The notes under the pieces were generated by a model that saw only the letters and a list, made by a program, of their open reading frames with translations, ran no database searches and was not told the origin of the DNA. Of a DNA stretch of 64,000 bases, positions 52,048-63,826 are shown piece by piece; positions within the stretch are counted from its first letter, which is position 1, and each line of letters begins with the position of its first letter. Origin of the DNA: an uncultured Spirochaetota bacterium (GTDB lineage Bacteria > Spirochaetota > Brevinematia > Brevinematales > JAOACQ01); contig CAWAOD010000014.1 of NCBI GenBank assembly GCA_963783575.1, positions 320,001 through 384,000 of the forward strand. The letters run 5' to 3'. A program made the position numbers and the translations under genes.

Positions 52048-54567
52048 CTAAAATAAACCCTGTATAGTGAATACAGGCTGTAAATCCCAGAATAAATTTT
52101 GACTTCCGCCCATAAACTGAAATCTTTGAAGATTTTGATCATAATAACCTGTTCTTGCAAGATAGAAACGGATCGGTATCATTGGAATATTGATCTTTAT
52201 TCCAACGCCGAAGCTATAAATGTATCCAACAGGATTGAATGGAGCAACCTCATAATAATTACCCCAAACATTTCCCATATCATAGAAGAAGGCTCCCCAT
52301 AGCTCTTTACCATATATCTGAAATCTTAATTCTCCGCTGTAAAAAGCCTTGCCCTGGCCCCTGAAATTATTGCCCTGCCAGCCACGCATTTCATACAATC
52401 CGTCGAACCATTCCAGGTCATTAATATTATCAGGATTAAAATTATTTGTATTAATAGTAAACGGATTAAAATTTATACTAAATTGAGGTAGACATAATTC
52501 AGTAGAAATATGAGCCGCCAGAACAATTTTCCAAAATGGATTATAATAAATATCATATGAAATACCTGGTTTGATAAAATTTATTGCTCCGCCAACCAAA
52601 CCGCCATAATAATACAAAGTGGTTTTAAACACCGATCCCCTTGTTTGATTAAGCGGATTATCTGTAGTATCCCTTGTTGCGGATAAGGCAAGATCATTTT
52701 TAAATATACCATTTGTATTGCTTAAATAACTGATTAGAGTAGTATTTGTAACCCATTTATTCTGACCGATATCAAATATAAGCGGATTATTAAAAGTTGC
52801 ACCGTAATACCAGTTTATTGATGTATAATAACCGGCAGAACCTGTCCAATATGTAAAAAAACGTCTTGCAATATTAAAACCCAAAGATAAAGAATTCTGA
52901 TAAAAAACGTTATTCACATTTGTATAGTTTGTAATATCTTCATTCGGATTGTCAATATAACTAAAATTAGTACCGTCAATATAACCATTACCGCTGCTGT
53001 CTGCTTCTATATTTTGATTTACATACCGGTTAAATCCCAGATTAACAGTTATCGATGTCGGATCGTCAAAGAGCCATGGTTCAGTGAAGCTTGTGCTCAA
53101 TCCTTGCTGGAGCTGTCCATATGTTCCTTGTATTGAGACCTTCCTGCCTGTTCCTAAAAGATTGTTTTCAGCTATTTGCGCAGTTGCATAAAATCCGCTT
53201 ACCGTACCGTAGCCTAAGCCGAACGTGACAATACCAGTTCTTTGCTCTTCAACAGCAATGTCAATATTCACCAATCCTTCGGCGCTTCCCGGTAACACAT
53301 TCGGTTTGACATCGGAAAAATACTGCAGTGCGTTCAATCTATCCAGAGTCACCATAACTTTATGATGTACGAATATTTCACCTTCTTTGAATTCGAATTC
53401 CCGCCGGATAACATTTGCTTTTGTTTTTGTATTACCGGATATGGTAATATGTTCAATATGTGAACGGGAGCCTTCGGTTATGATTAATTCAGTATCAATA
53501 ACCATTGACTCAATATTTGTACTTATTTTATTGATATTTGTTGTATAAATATTTGTCGATTTAGTTAAAACCGGTGATACATTAGCATATAAATGCCCGC
53601 TGTCACTATATTTTTGATACATGTTATAGCGGATCATATCCATTTTCACTTTATCATATATTTCTCCTTTTTTCATATCAACAACCGTATACAGATCATT
53701 TGTTGTATATATTGAGTTGCCTTTTATCGTTATATCTCCAACAAAATATTTATCGCCTTCGGTCAAATCGAGATAAATGACAATGCCTTTGTGTTTATTA
53801 TTTCCCAATTCCTCAATTTTCCATTTGTAAATATTAACGGTTACATCCATAAAACCATTATGCTGGTAAAGCATAATTATATTATCCTTGTCCTTTTCAA
53901 ATTCTTCTTCTTTCAAAACACCTGACTCAAATATTAAAAACTTTTCTTTTGTTTTCATTACACCTTTAATATCCGATTCTTTCAACGTTTTATTACCGGT
54001 TATCTTAATTCGTTCAATGACAATCTTTTTCCCTTCAGTAACTTGGAATATCAAGTCATAAATATTTTTATTTGTATTTATTAACTTAAGTGAGTTTGTA
54101 ACTTTAGTATCTATAAAACCCTCATCTTCAAATTTTTTTTGGATAGCAATTATGGATCTATTTAATTTTGCTGAAGTAAAATATGAATTTTCAGTGAAAT
54201 CAATTTCTTTATCAAGATCATCTTTTCTAAGAGATTTATTACCTTCATATTTAATAGTTCTGATAAACTCATTTTCTTTGACAACATAGGTCAAAATTAA
54301 TCCATTACTTAATTCCGTAACCTCAATTTTTGAATCTGAGAATAAATCCAATGAAAATATATTTTTTAAAGAATCATTAATGATACTCTCGGTTACTATA
54401 TCACCTTCCTTAATTCCCAAAAGTTTTTTAACTTCATCGGGATATGTATTGGTTAAACCGATAAATTTAATTCCTATGACTTTTGGATTCTTAAAAGCAT
54501 CCTGCGTATATGCTACATTTACAATTATCAGCATCAATATGAATGATTTCAAGCACTTTATAAACAT
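52048..54567 (-). CDS. bamA: Outer membrane protein assembly factor BamA
   Basis: Five POTRA repeats (I.I.GN; GNTKTKANVIRRE), ENNLLGTG, FTEPWL, MRGW loop motif, terminal Phe. Confidence 0.93.
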   Translation of the reverse strand: MFIKCLKSFILMLIIVNVAYTQDAFKNPKVIGIKFIGLTNTYPDEVKKLLGIKEGDIVTESIINDSLKNIFSLDLFSDSKIEVTELSNGLILTYVVKENEFIRTIKYEGNKSLRKDDLDKEIDFTENSYFTSAKLNRSIIAIQKKFEDEGFIDTKVTNSLKLINTNKNIYDLIFQVTEGKKIVIERIKITGNKTLKESDIKGVMKTKEKFLIFESGVLKEEEFEKDKDNIIMLYQHNGFMDVTVNIYKWKIEELGNNKHKGIVIYLDLTEGDKYFVGDITIKGNSIYTTNDLYTVVDMKKGEIYDKVKMDMIRYNMYQKYSDSGHLYANVSPVLTKSTNIYTTNINKISTNIESMVIDTELIITEGSRSHIEHITISGNTKTKANVIRREFEFKEGEIFVHHKVMVTLDRLNALQYFSDVKPNVLPGSAEGLVNIDIAVEEQRTGIVTFGLGYGTVSGFYATAQIAENNLLGTGRKVSIQGTYGQLQQGLSTSFTEPWLFDDPTSITVNLGFNRYVNQNIEADSSGNGYIDGTNFSYIDNPNEDITNYTNVNNVFYQNSLSLGFNIARRFFTYWTGSAGYYTSINWYYGATFNNPLIFDIGQNKWVTNTTLISYLSNTNGIFKNDLALSATRDTTDNPLNQTRGSVFKTTLYYYGGLVGGAINFIKPGISYDIYYNPFWKIVLAAHISTELCLPQFSINFNPFTINTNNFNPDNINDLEWFDGLYEMRGWQGNNFRGQGKAFYSGELRFQIYGKELWGAFFYDMGNVWGNYYEVAPFNPVGYIYSFGVGIKINIPMIPIRFYLARTGYYDQNLQRFQFMGGSQNLFWDLQPVFTIQGLF

Positions 54568-54578
54568 AATATCTCCTT

Positions 54579-57500
54579 TTAAAATCTTCTATTAACATTA
54601 AATTCAAACATCTGCTCATATAAAAAGCCTTTTTCAAGTATCTGAGCCGGTTGATACCTCCAGCCCAAATCGAAATTAATAAAATTAAATTCCAAACCCA
54701 CTGTGAAGCGGTAAAAGACCGATCATAGAATTTGTATTTTTGGAAAAAGTCATTTCATATTGAAAAAAAACATTAGGCAATAAATATCTCCCAACAGTAA
54801 AAGAAGTCCCATCAAAAATATTAATATTTGCATCACCTGTAAGGCTTCTCCTGGTTAGATTCTCAATAATTCCGGTTTTAATCGAAAACAGGTCAAGACC
54901 CAAACGTCTTTTTAAATCCAGAGCTATGGGATTAAAGATCAATACTTTTCCGGCGTTCTCTACAACGCTAATCCCGCTCAATGAATTTGTTTGTAAGTTA
55001 TTGGCAGCGCTTAGTGAATCGCTTTTAATACCCAGAATTGAAGATAACTCACTCTTTGATTGATCCGGTACGGAATAAAAATCGCTCAGAATTATTTTAG
55101 AAACTTTTCCAGTAAACGTCAAATAAATGTCTACATTTTCATTTTTACTATTCTTATATCTGTAAAAAGTATTTAAGTTTATATATGGTATAAAATCACC
55201 TGGATTGCCGTTAAAATTGGCATCTCCATCTTTAATAATAAAATCCCTGCCAAGATATGTAATGGACCCTCTATCAACTTTTATATTTCCTTTTAAACAA
55301 AATGAATTGTCACCAATCATTCCGGTAAGATATACTATATCGTTATTCCTTAAAATAGCATCAATATATTCATTGGAAAATTTTACTCGATTTCCAATTT
55401 TAAATGAAAGATCCCATTTAATATTATTAATTAATCCTGATTGGACAGGTAAATCCTGCATTTGATTGAAACCGGCCTGAATCTGAACATTTTCAGCAGC
55501 TATATCACCCTTTAAAGCCAATGATGACATATTTCCTTTAATTGAAAGCCTGTTGATAAGTAAATCTCCAAAAAATTTTAATGATGGTGTGTTATAATTT
55601 ACACTGATCGAATTGATTTTCTTATTTTCATCAGGTGTAATATTAACATCAATGAATGGCGACTGTATATCACTTAAGTCTATAAAACCATTAATTATAA
55701 AATTTCCAGTTAAAGTATTCAACCGGATATTTTGTAAAATTAATTTACTTTTCTCAACAGGTAAATCCAAGTCTAAATTTTGAATTCTAGTATTCAAATT
55801 GTTTATTGAAAAACCGGTTTGATTTAATTTTATATTTCCATTCAACTCCGGTGAATCAATATCACCCTTAATATTTAAACGGATAATTCCCTGCCCTTTA
55901 AAATCTATTAAGCCATTCAGATTTGTAATAATTTCAAGGGGTAATTTAAGATTGTTTGATGATGAAATTTTATTATTATTAATATTTCCATCGGAATAGA
56001 CGGCAAATTCATTGTTTTGAAAATAAAAATTCCATTTTTTTTCATTTTTGTTATCATAAAAAAATCCTGTTAACCCCGCTTCACTTTTTTTATTAAATTG
56101 GTAGCGATTACTTATCAGACTGACATTTCCGGTCATGTCTTTTAAAAGTTTACCAGATATTCTTATTGAATATAGATTATATTTTAAATATTGCTGTTCA
56201 TTCTGGGATTGATATATTAAATTATACGATCCTTTTAACACCTGAAATGCAGTAAAATTTCCATCACATGAAACGATCAAATCTCTATCATTTTGAATTA
56301 CATCTGCCGAAAAAATTACAGAATAGTTATTATCCTGATATTTTACATTATTGAGATTCAATTTATTTCCATGTTTTACAATTGAAGGTATTCTAAGGAT
56401 AAAATTTTCCGAATTCAAAGAATTTGTTATTTCGATATTTCCATTATAATCGGGATTATCAAAAGAACCGAAAGCATTTATTTTAGTTGATACAAAAACA
56501 TCCATGTTTTCTTTGTAAAAATTTTTGATAAATAGATTCTGAATATCCGCTGAAGCAAAAAAATCATCCTGTGATATAACAAAACTAAGCGACCCTTTTT
56601 TTTGAAAGCTCAGATTTCCCGATAACTTTTCATTATTTAATAATAAATTTCCTTTGCCAATAAGTTTATCATCGGATGTATCAAGTTCAAATTGACTTAT
56701 ATCAAGTGAACCATTATTATTTGTTGAATCAATATATAAAATATTGGTTCTGCCCAAAAGATTGTAGTTTGCATCAATCTTTATCTGTTCTGTAATATTC
56801 CGGGAATTTACAATATCAATATCAGCATATAAATCACCGGCTAACCCGATATTGGATAATGAATATTTATCGGTTTTAATCTTTATGGAGTTTGAATTAT
56901 TTATGGATTTAATATTAATAACGATATTATTATCAATGATCAGGTATGTGTCTATCTTATAATCATTTAATGAATATTTTACTTCGCCATGCAGGGGTAT
57001 CATGAATTTATTCCGATAATTTATCTTACCGTTGACTTTAATCCTTCCTTCATTATTATTTTTAAAATCATAAGCAAAATCTCCTGTAAACCTGATATCT
57101 TTTTTTATCATATGAATTTCATCAAAACTTAATAGATTGTCTTTATATTTCAATGATGCTTCGCAATATTTCTGTCCTTCATCGGAAACAGGTTTTGTAA
57201 ATCCATAGATTTTCGCTGAGACTTCCGGATGCATATTGCTGCCATTTCTTGCATTCATCTGTCCATAATAATACCCGCCAACTAAATTTAAAATATTGAA
57301 ATGAATATTGCTAACTATCGCCGAACCTGGAATGTTGCTTAAGGATACATTAATATCATAAAAATTTGTCCGGATTATTCCATTAATCAAAATATTATCA
57401 TCTTTTGAAACTGATGCCAGATCGATTTCATTAGAAATCAGAGTCATTTTAGTTTTAAGGCTTCCTAAATAACCGCCATTAATTGAAGTATCCTTTCCAT

Positions 57501-58683
57501 AAACCATACTTATGTTCCCGGATGAGTCAATAAAAAAATCACCGCTGATTTTTAAACCATCCATTAGATTAAAATTATTCAAAGTTAATGAACCGGAAGG
57601 TAATATATAATTGGTTAAAAATTGTAATTTACCCATTATTAAACCCTTTGAACCTGCATTAATTCTGCCATCTAAAATAAATGAATCATTATGACTTTCA
57701 ATGCCGATTGAAATAAGGTCCAGATTGGTATTTGATAAAGGCTGTACGGACATCCTTGCCATATATTTCTGTGGATCGATTTCGGAAATGAATTTAAAAT
57801 GATACGTCCCGTTTCCCAAGATATTCACAAACGGATATACGAGATTAGTGATTTTATTATTGATATCAAAATCACGCTCAATGTTAATCGATATTTTCCC
57901 CTTATTATCCTTAACAATATCGGCTAATTCGGTATTCCGGTAATCCAGATATATTTTATTACTGATATAAAATCCTATTCTCTCATTTCTTAATAAATTA
58001 ATTTCCCCCAAATCGGCATTGTATAAATTAAAAAACCCATAACCAATATTATTTGATAAGTTATAATCAAAATTTAACACGCTAGATGCCTGGAAATAAT
58101 TAAGCCGGTTAGCTGAAGATATGTTAAAAGACATATCCGTATCAAGATGAATTTTCAAATGTTTCAGGCTGAAATGCAAATTATTGATGACTCCGATGGT
58201 TTGCAAAGGGTTATTATTATATAAATTTATTGTAAACCTGTTGATTTTTATTTTAGAATTAATCATTTTCCATCGATTGTCAATATTTACAAGGAAATTA
58301 TTTCTTATATAATTATTAATTATATCTTTAATATCTTTCAAACCGGATCGCAAATCAATATTATTAATTAAAACTGCATCAATGGAAGCCGGCAAACCGA
58401 GGAAAATCAGTTTAAATAAATTATAATGAATACCTATTTTATCTATTTTAATGCTTCCGATCATCTTATGATTAATTTCAATATCTTTGAATTCAATATA
58501 AAGACCCGGTAAATTGAAAATATTTTGAATTTCAATATAATCAGCATTTGATACTTTACATGCTGCCAACTCAATTTGTGATTTATTCTTGTAAAAATAA
58601 TACTCAAATAAAGCGGTTACGGAGGCATAGACAATAAACAACAGCAATATTAAAAATACGGTATTTTTTATAAATTTAATCAT
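54579..58683 (-). CDS. tamB: TamB family translocation and assembly module protein, with a 1-nt frameshift near the C-terminus
   Basis: N-terminal TM anchor, beta-rich repeats, G.FDNPDYNG and GDIDSPELNG motifs, VGRYL; a shift at about 54700 continues GLEFNFINFDLGWRY...FNVNRRF to a stop at 54579, next to the bamA RBS. Confidence 0.85.
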
Positions 58684-58722
58684 CCGGACTAAACCTAAAC
58701 AAGTGCGTCACTAAGGCAGGCT

Positions 58723-60275
58723 TTAATTATAAGTCTGCATTTCTTCATTCAATTTTTCTAACAATCTTTTTTCTGCGGTTGAAATGGCCTGGGCTATATT
58801 CAAACCCTGACCTTTTACAGAAATTGTTAAACCCTTGACAACATTATTTGTTTCAACATCAATCATCGATAAAATAAGTTTCATATCAACTATCACGATA
58901 TCGCTTGCATTTACATCATAACTTTGAAAAGTTATATCTTTACCTATCTGGCCTAATACATTTATCTCACGGATACCCAAAAGAAATCTTTTAACCTGGG
59001 GACTCTTAACCTTCATATTCTTTAAAATTAAAGCTTTAATCTGATCTTCATTCATGCCCTGAATCGAAGAATTGTCAGGCAGTTCTATAGATATTATATT
59101 ATAACCCCTTTCCGCAAATTTTCCGGAAACCGTTTCCTGAAATTGAGGAATAAATTCCCTTTTTTGTTCTTTTTTATCGTCGTAAAGTATATCAATTATA
59201 CCAATTCCTGTGGGTATTACTTTATCATGATTTACTACAGTTAAATTAACCTGCAATGCCTGAGATTTCTGAAATTTCAAAATCTGCGAATAAAAATCTT
59301 CATCGAACTTCATTATATTATCAAATTTATCAGCAGAGAAAGTTACGGTAATGGATAACTTGTCGGTATCAGATCTTAAAATGCGATCCGCGGTAAAATT
59401 GACAAGACCCTGATCGTCACTGATATTTCCGGATTTAGTAATAATATTTGCATTGGAATTATTTTCGGTAATTAATAATGTAAAGCCTGGAACTCCCTTT
59501 CCAATTTTTGAGGATGATGTTTTGACTAGTATTGGATCGCTGCCGCCTTCAATGAAAGCATATCTGGAAGAACTTTCAAGAGAGAATGTTATGCTTGAAA
59601 GTATAAGTGTTATAATATTTCTGGATTCATCGTAAAGATCCGAGTTTTCTGCTGCTTTTTCGCTGATTATCAGAGCGCCTAGCGATAAATCAAGGGCTTT
59701 TGCAAGTTCACCGTTTTTGATGGCAGCATCGGCTTCAGTCAGGTATTGGGTTGATGTTGATCTTTGGTCGCTTACCAGTTTCTGGAGCCTATTTCTTTCT
59801 TTATCAATCCAGCTTTGTGGAAACTTTATTAATGAATACATTATAATCGTATTATCTGAATATTGTTCATAATACACATCTTCAAGATCAACGGCAACAT
59901 TCGCGCTGCCTTTCCCCTCGATGGTTTGAATTATATCCTCTTTAAAACTGGAAATGTTGTCAAGATCGGCCATTTCTTTCCTGGATTGAAATTTTGTTGT
60001 AGCCCTTACCCCGATATAATCAACCAATTGTGTAGTAGCGTCATTAATAGATTCACTTTTAGCCGATTTAAGATCGGCAGATTTCGAACTGATTCCTACA
60101 AAATAAATATAAGCACCGCCGCTTTTTTCTTCAATATCCAATCCGGTTCTTTCGGAGCAGATGTTTTAATTACTTTCGGCGGCTCATTTGCTTTTACAAT
60201 TGTATTTTGATCATTGCAGGATATAGCTGTAACTAAACCTAAAATTATTATCACTTTTAATAAAACACTTTTCAT
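58723..60275 (-). CDS. LPP20-like lipoprotein, split by a 1-nt homopolymer deletion
   Basis: AAGGAG RBS, then MKSVLLKVIIILGLVTAISC lipobox...PDWILK; one more A in the A6 run (60123-60128) joins it to SGGAYIYFVGIS...A...A. Confidence 0.75.
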
Positions 60276-60371
60276 AAATACTCCTTCAGGGTCTATATTT
60301 CTATATTTAATATACCTTATATTAAGCCTGTTTTCATAAAATCTATCATCTAATTTTCTAATAAGATTTAT

Positions 60372-60962
60372 TTATGATAAAAATTGATATACAAAATAAG
60401 AAAAATTTTTTGATAATGAATGGCTTATTAAAAGCCTGAATTTAATCCCATTTTTTTCAATTGTCATTTCACTGTTTTGCATTCTAATATCAAACTGATT
60501 TAAAACCGGTGAAATATTTCTTCCAATTAAATCTTTTTGGGTCCATTCCAATGCATTTTTGTTTGCATAGATTATTTTTTTGAAATGATTGGTTATGATC
60601 ATTGGCTGTTCAAGATAGTCAAATACATTTTCATAATTAAACTTTTCGATATAATCTTCGAAATAAAATTGACAGGTAAATTCTTCATAAGAAATAATAC
60701 GAATGAGTTTTCCGGCTTTATCTATTACCGGAATTTTTGTATTTTTTACTGCTTCATTTTTAAATATAGTATTTGGAATAAGATTGGCTTTCATAAAGTT
60801 AATATTTTCAAATAAATTAAAATTACCCTCCATTATACCGATTTCAATATCTCGTTTCAAAACAACGCCAAGATAATCGTTGTCCTCAAATACCAGAATT
60901 CCATTAACTGCCGGAGCATGAAAAAAAAGTTCCATCAATTCTTTTGCCAATTCCACTTCCAT
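60372..60962 (-). CDS. Hypothetical protein with CBS-like and PAS-like segments
   Basis: YLGVVLKRDI and IPVIDKAGKLIRIIS (CBS-like); IIYANKNA...DLIGRNI (PAS-like). Confidence 0.6.
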   Translation of the reverse strand: MEVELAKELMELFFHAPAVNGILVFEDNDYLGVVLKRDIEIGIMEGNFNLFENINFMKANLIPNTIFKNEAVKNTKIPVIDKAGKLIRIISYEEFTCQFYFEDYIEKFNYENVFDYLEQPMIITNHFKKIIYANKNALEWTQKDLIGRNISPVLNQFDIRMQNSEMTIEKNGIKFRLLISHSLSKNFSYFVYQFLS

Positions 60963-60971
60963 AATGATTAC

Positions 60972-61988
60972 TCATTTTCTTCCATTTGTGAAGAAATCAT
61001 CTGCCTTAAATTTGAATTTATTTGTCAAATCATCACCGTCAATTGTAAAAATTCCCAATTTTTGTGGTGAATAAGCATAATAAAATCCATTTGTTTCCTT
61101 TTTTCCAACCATAAGTTCATTTGTAATAGATTCCATTGAAATAAATCTTGCATAAAACAAAGGATTTTTTAATCCGTAAAATGTTAACACAGATTCGTCA
61201 GTAACAATATCCAGAAACCTGGAAATATTAAGCGAATAAATATCCATTATTTTTGATTTTACGGAAAAATTATCGGATTCGGTTTTTATCGGGAAATTCA
61301 TAATGAATTTTTGACCGCCTGAATTTGTTTCGAACTTAAATTTTAAAGTACCGCCGTATTCCGACTGCAGTTCAATACTTTTCAACGATTGTAATGGAAT
61401 ATTAAAAATATCCCTGCTTCTTAATTCATTCGGTTTTTTTTCCATATTCAGGAATTTGCCGCAGGGAACAAGATATATCTTATCAATATTTTGATTTAAT
61501 ATAGTATAGTACATATTACCTGAAGAAGTTTTACTGCCGTTTATTAATTCTATAATCTGGGAATTGTTGAAATAAATTTTTATTGAATCAACGGGCCGGT
61601 CAAAACCCAGTTCTTTCATTTTATCTTCCGAAAGATTTGTTATTAGTGAATAGCTTTTCAAACCCGACAGATCATTGATAATTTTTAAAACGCTTTCATC
61701 ATCGGCTTTTTCCATCAGGGGGAATGTTTCCATCCATTCATTGGATATATATTCCAGAAGGGTTACATTTAAATTAGTACCATCATTATAGGATATTTCT
61801 AATTTATTTATATCATTTTTTTGAAGATTTTCCATCATAATTATTTTATCCCAATTTTCCTTTTTCTTATTTTCCGGAATTATTCTATAATAGTAATAAC
61901 CGGCAATTAATAATAAAATAATCATCAAAGTTGAAATTTTCAGTATGTTATTTAATATTTTCTTGTTCATTGAGTTTAAACCTTCCAT
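60972..61988 (-). CDS. DUF4340-domain membrane-anchored protein
   Basis: N-terminal TM; two repeats of W....P....AD / (Y/L)G(L/F)..P / L..G.......YY. Confidence 0.75.
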   Translation of the reverse strand: MEGLNSMNKKILNNILKISTLMIILLLIAGYYYYRIIPENKKKENWDKIIMMENLQKNDINKLEISYNDGTNLNVTLLEYISNEWMETFPLMEKADDESVLKIINDLSGLKSYSLITNLSEDKMKELGFDRPVDSIKIYFNNSQIIELINGSKTSSGNMYYTILNQNIDKIYLVPCGKFLNMEKKPNELRSRDIFNIPLQSLKSIELQSEYGGTLKFKFETNSGGQKFIMNFPIKTESDNFSVKSKIMDIYSLNISRFLDIVTDESVLTFYGLKNPLFYARFISMESITNELMVGKKETNGFYYAYSPQKLGIFTIDGDDLTNKFKFKADDFFTNGRK

Positions 61989-62094
61989 ACATTAATAAAT
62001 TATTATATTGATTTTAGCATAATTCGATTAAAAACAAAACTAAATCAAATTAGTGTTTTTTATGAATTGTGACCAATTTTGTTTTTGTTAAAAT

Positions 62095-62123
62095 TTGACA
62101 AAATCCAGGCCTCAATCTAATAT
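62095..62123 (+). promoter_or_regulatory. Putative sigma70 promoter of the membrane-complex operon
   Basis: TTGACA-N17-TAATAT. Confidence 0.55.
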
Positions 62124-62365
62124 AAATATTCAAAAATATTGAGCAATAGAGTAATATTAAGGGTATTTTAAAATAAAATTATTTGAAAATGTTAATCTTT
62201 ATTATTTCGATTGACATATCGAGAACCTGAGTTTACCCTGTTCATTTTTTACATATGTTTCAAATCTATGTATGTCTTACTTTAAAATGGCTCAGTCTTG
62301 AAACATAAATAAACTATCCCCGTAACAGTGGGGTATTCTGAAAGAATAACGCTTGTTAAAATTCT

Positions 62366-63826
62366 ATGCAAGGAGAAATAAGCAGAATGAATGGTCAAAT
62401 CCTAATATTAACCGCTATATTTGTTCCTTTTTTTGGCGCTCTATTACTTCCTTTTATCGGGTTCATTTCAATCCGTATAAGAAACGGTCTTTCATTGATT
62501 ATGGTAATGGTTTCATTTATTGCCTCCGCTGTAATGATTCCTCCGGTCTTTAACCATCAATACACATCGATTATCATGAATCTTAACGCCGGTTTTTTAG
62601 GAAATAATCCTGTACTATTCAAGGCTGACGGACTGGCCGTTTTTATGGCTTTAATTTCATCATTCATAGGCGCTGTAATTGTTTTTTATTCTTTCGGATA
62701 TATCAGCCACTATAAAAATCAAAATGAGTATTATCTTCTTGTCGTTTTGTTTCTTGGTTCCATGATGGGCATTGTTTATTCCACTCATTTAATTTTTCTG
62801 TATTTATTCTGGGAAGTTACGGCAATCTGCAGTTGGAGACTGATTGGATTTTACAGGGAAAAAGATCATGTTATTAAAGCCGATAAAGCTTTTATGGTGA
62901 CCTTTTTCGGCGCTATTGTTATGCTCATAGGCTTTATTATGATATATCAGCAATATCATACCTTTGATCTGACGCAAATCCCGAAGGGAACAATGCTTTC
63001 AGATTTGACCATTGTTTTGATAATGTTCGGAATTCTTTCAAAATCATCAACATTGCCTCTTCATACCTGGCTTCCCGATGCCGGTGTAGCTCCCGCTCCA
63101 GTCACATCGCTGCTCCATGCTGCCGTGCTGGTTAAAATAGGTATATATGTTTTTGCAAGACTTTTTGTTGTTTCTTTTTCACTGGGAACTGCCTGGCATA
63201 CTATTATTCCAGTTATTGCAGGAGTCAGTGCTCTGGTTTCGGCAGGAGTTGCCATTCTTGAAACGGATCTTAAAAGGATCATTGCTTATTCCACTGTCAG
63301 CCAGATCGGTTTTATATTTTTAGGCCTGTCTACCGGCAGTCCTATCGGTATAGCTGGCGGACTTTTGTATATACTTATGCATGGCCTCGCTAAAGGCGGA
63401 TTATTCCTATGCGCCGGTATCATTGAACAGAATGCAAAAACCAAGGATATTACTAAACTTGGCGGGCTTATTTCTGTGATGCCTGTTACAGCGATAGCTT
63501 TTGTTACATGCGCTTTTTCAATAATGGGTATACCTCCTTTTGGGGGATTTTTCAGTAAGTTTATGGTTATCAGCGGCGCAGTAGATTCAGGCCAGCCATG
63601 GATTGCATTAACATTCGTATTGGGAGCAGTTTTGACTGTTATTTATCTGTTCAGGGCTTTTATCACCGTGTTTCTGGGGCCCTTAAAAGCTGTTTCAAGC
63701 AGGGAGGGATCATCAACAATGGTTGCCAGTGTTGTTCTTCTCGCTTTCCTTTCTCTGGCAGGAGGTCTTTTAATCAATTTTCCGTCTGATTTTGTTCAAA
63801 CTATCTTACAGGGAGTGAAAGGTTAA
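62366..63826 (+). CDS. Proton-conducting antiporter-like subunit (NuoL/MrpA/MrpD/HyfB family)
   Basis: DGLA.FM, LYLFWE, LPLHTWLPDAGVAPAPVTSLLHAAVLVKIG, DLKRIIAYST.SQ, HGLAKGGLF, GIPPFGGFFSK; start may be 62387. Confidence 0.9.
   Translation: MQGEISRMNGQILILTAIFVPFFGALLLPFIGFISIRIRNGLSLIMVMVSFIASAVMIPPVFNHQYTSIIMNLNAGFLGNNPVLFKADGLAVFMALISSFIGAVIVFYSFGYISHYKNQNEYYLLVVLFLGSMMGIVYSTHLIFLYLFWEVTAICSWRLIGFYREKDHVIKADKAFMVTFFGAIVMLIGFIMIYQQYHTFDLTQIPKGTMLSDLTIVLIMFGILSKSSTLPLHTWLPDAGVAPAPVTSLLHAAVLVKIGIYVFARLFVVSFSLGTAWHTIIPVIAGVSALVSAGVAILETDLKRIIAYSTVSQIGFIFLGLSTGSPIGIAGGLLYILMHGLAKGGLFLCAGIIEQNAKTKDITKLGGLISVMPVTAIAFVTCAFSIMGIPPFGGFFSKFMVISGAVDSGQPWIALTFVLGAVLTVIYLFRAFITVFLGPLKAVSSREGSSTMVASVVLLAFLSLAGGLLINFPSDFVQTILQGVKG

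Noticed and set aside
62085..62102. TTGTTAAAATTTGACAA as a Rex operator
   Set aside because: One base shorter than TTGTGAA-N4-TTCACAA and mismatched; largely explained by the -35 box
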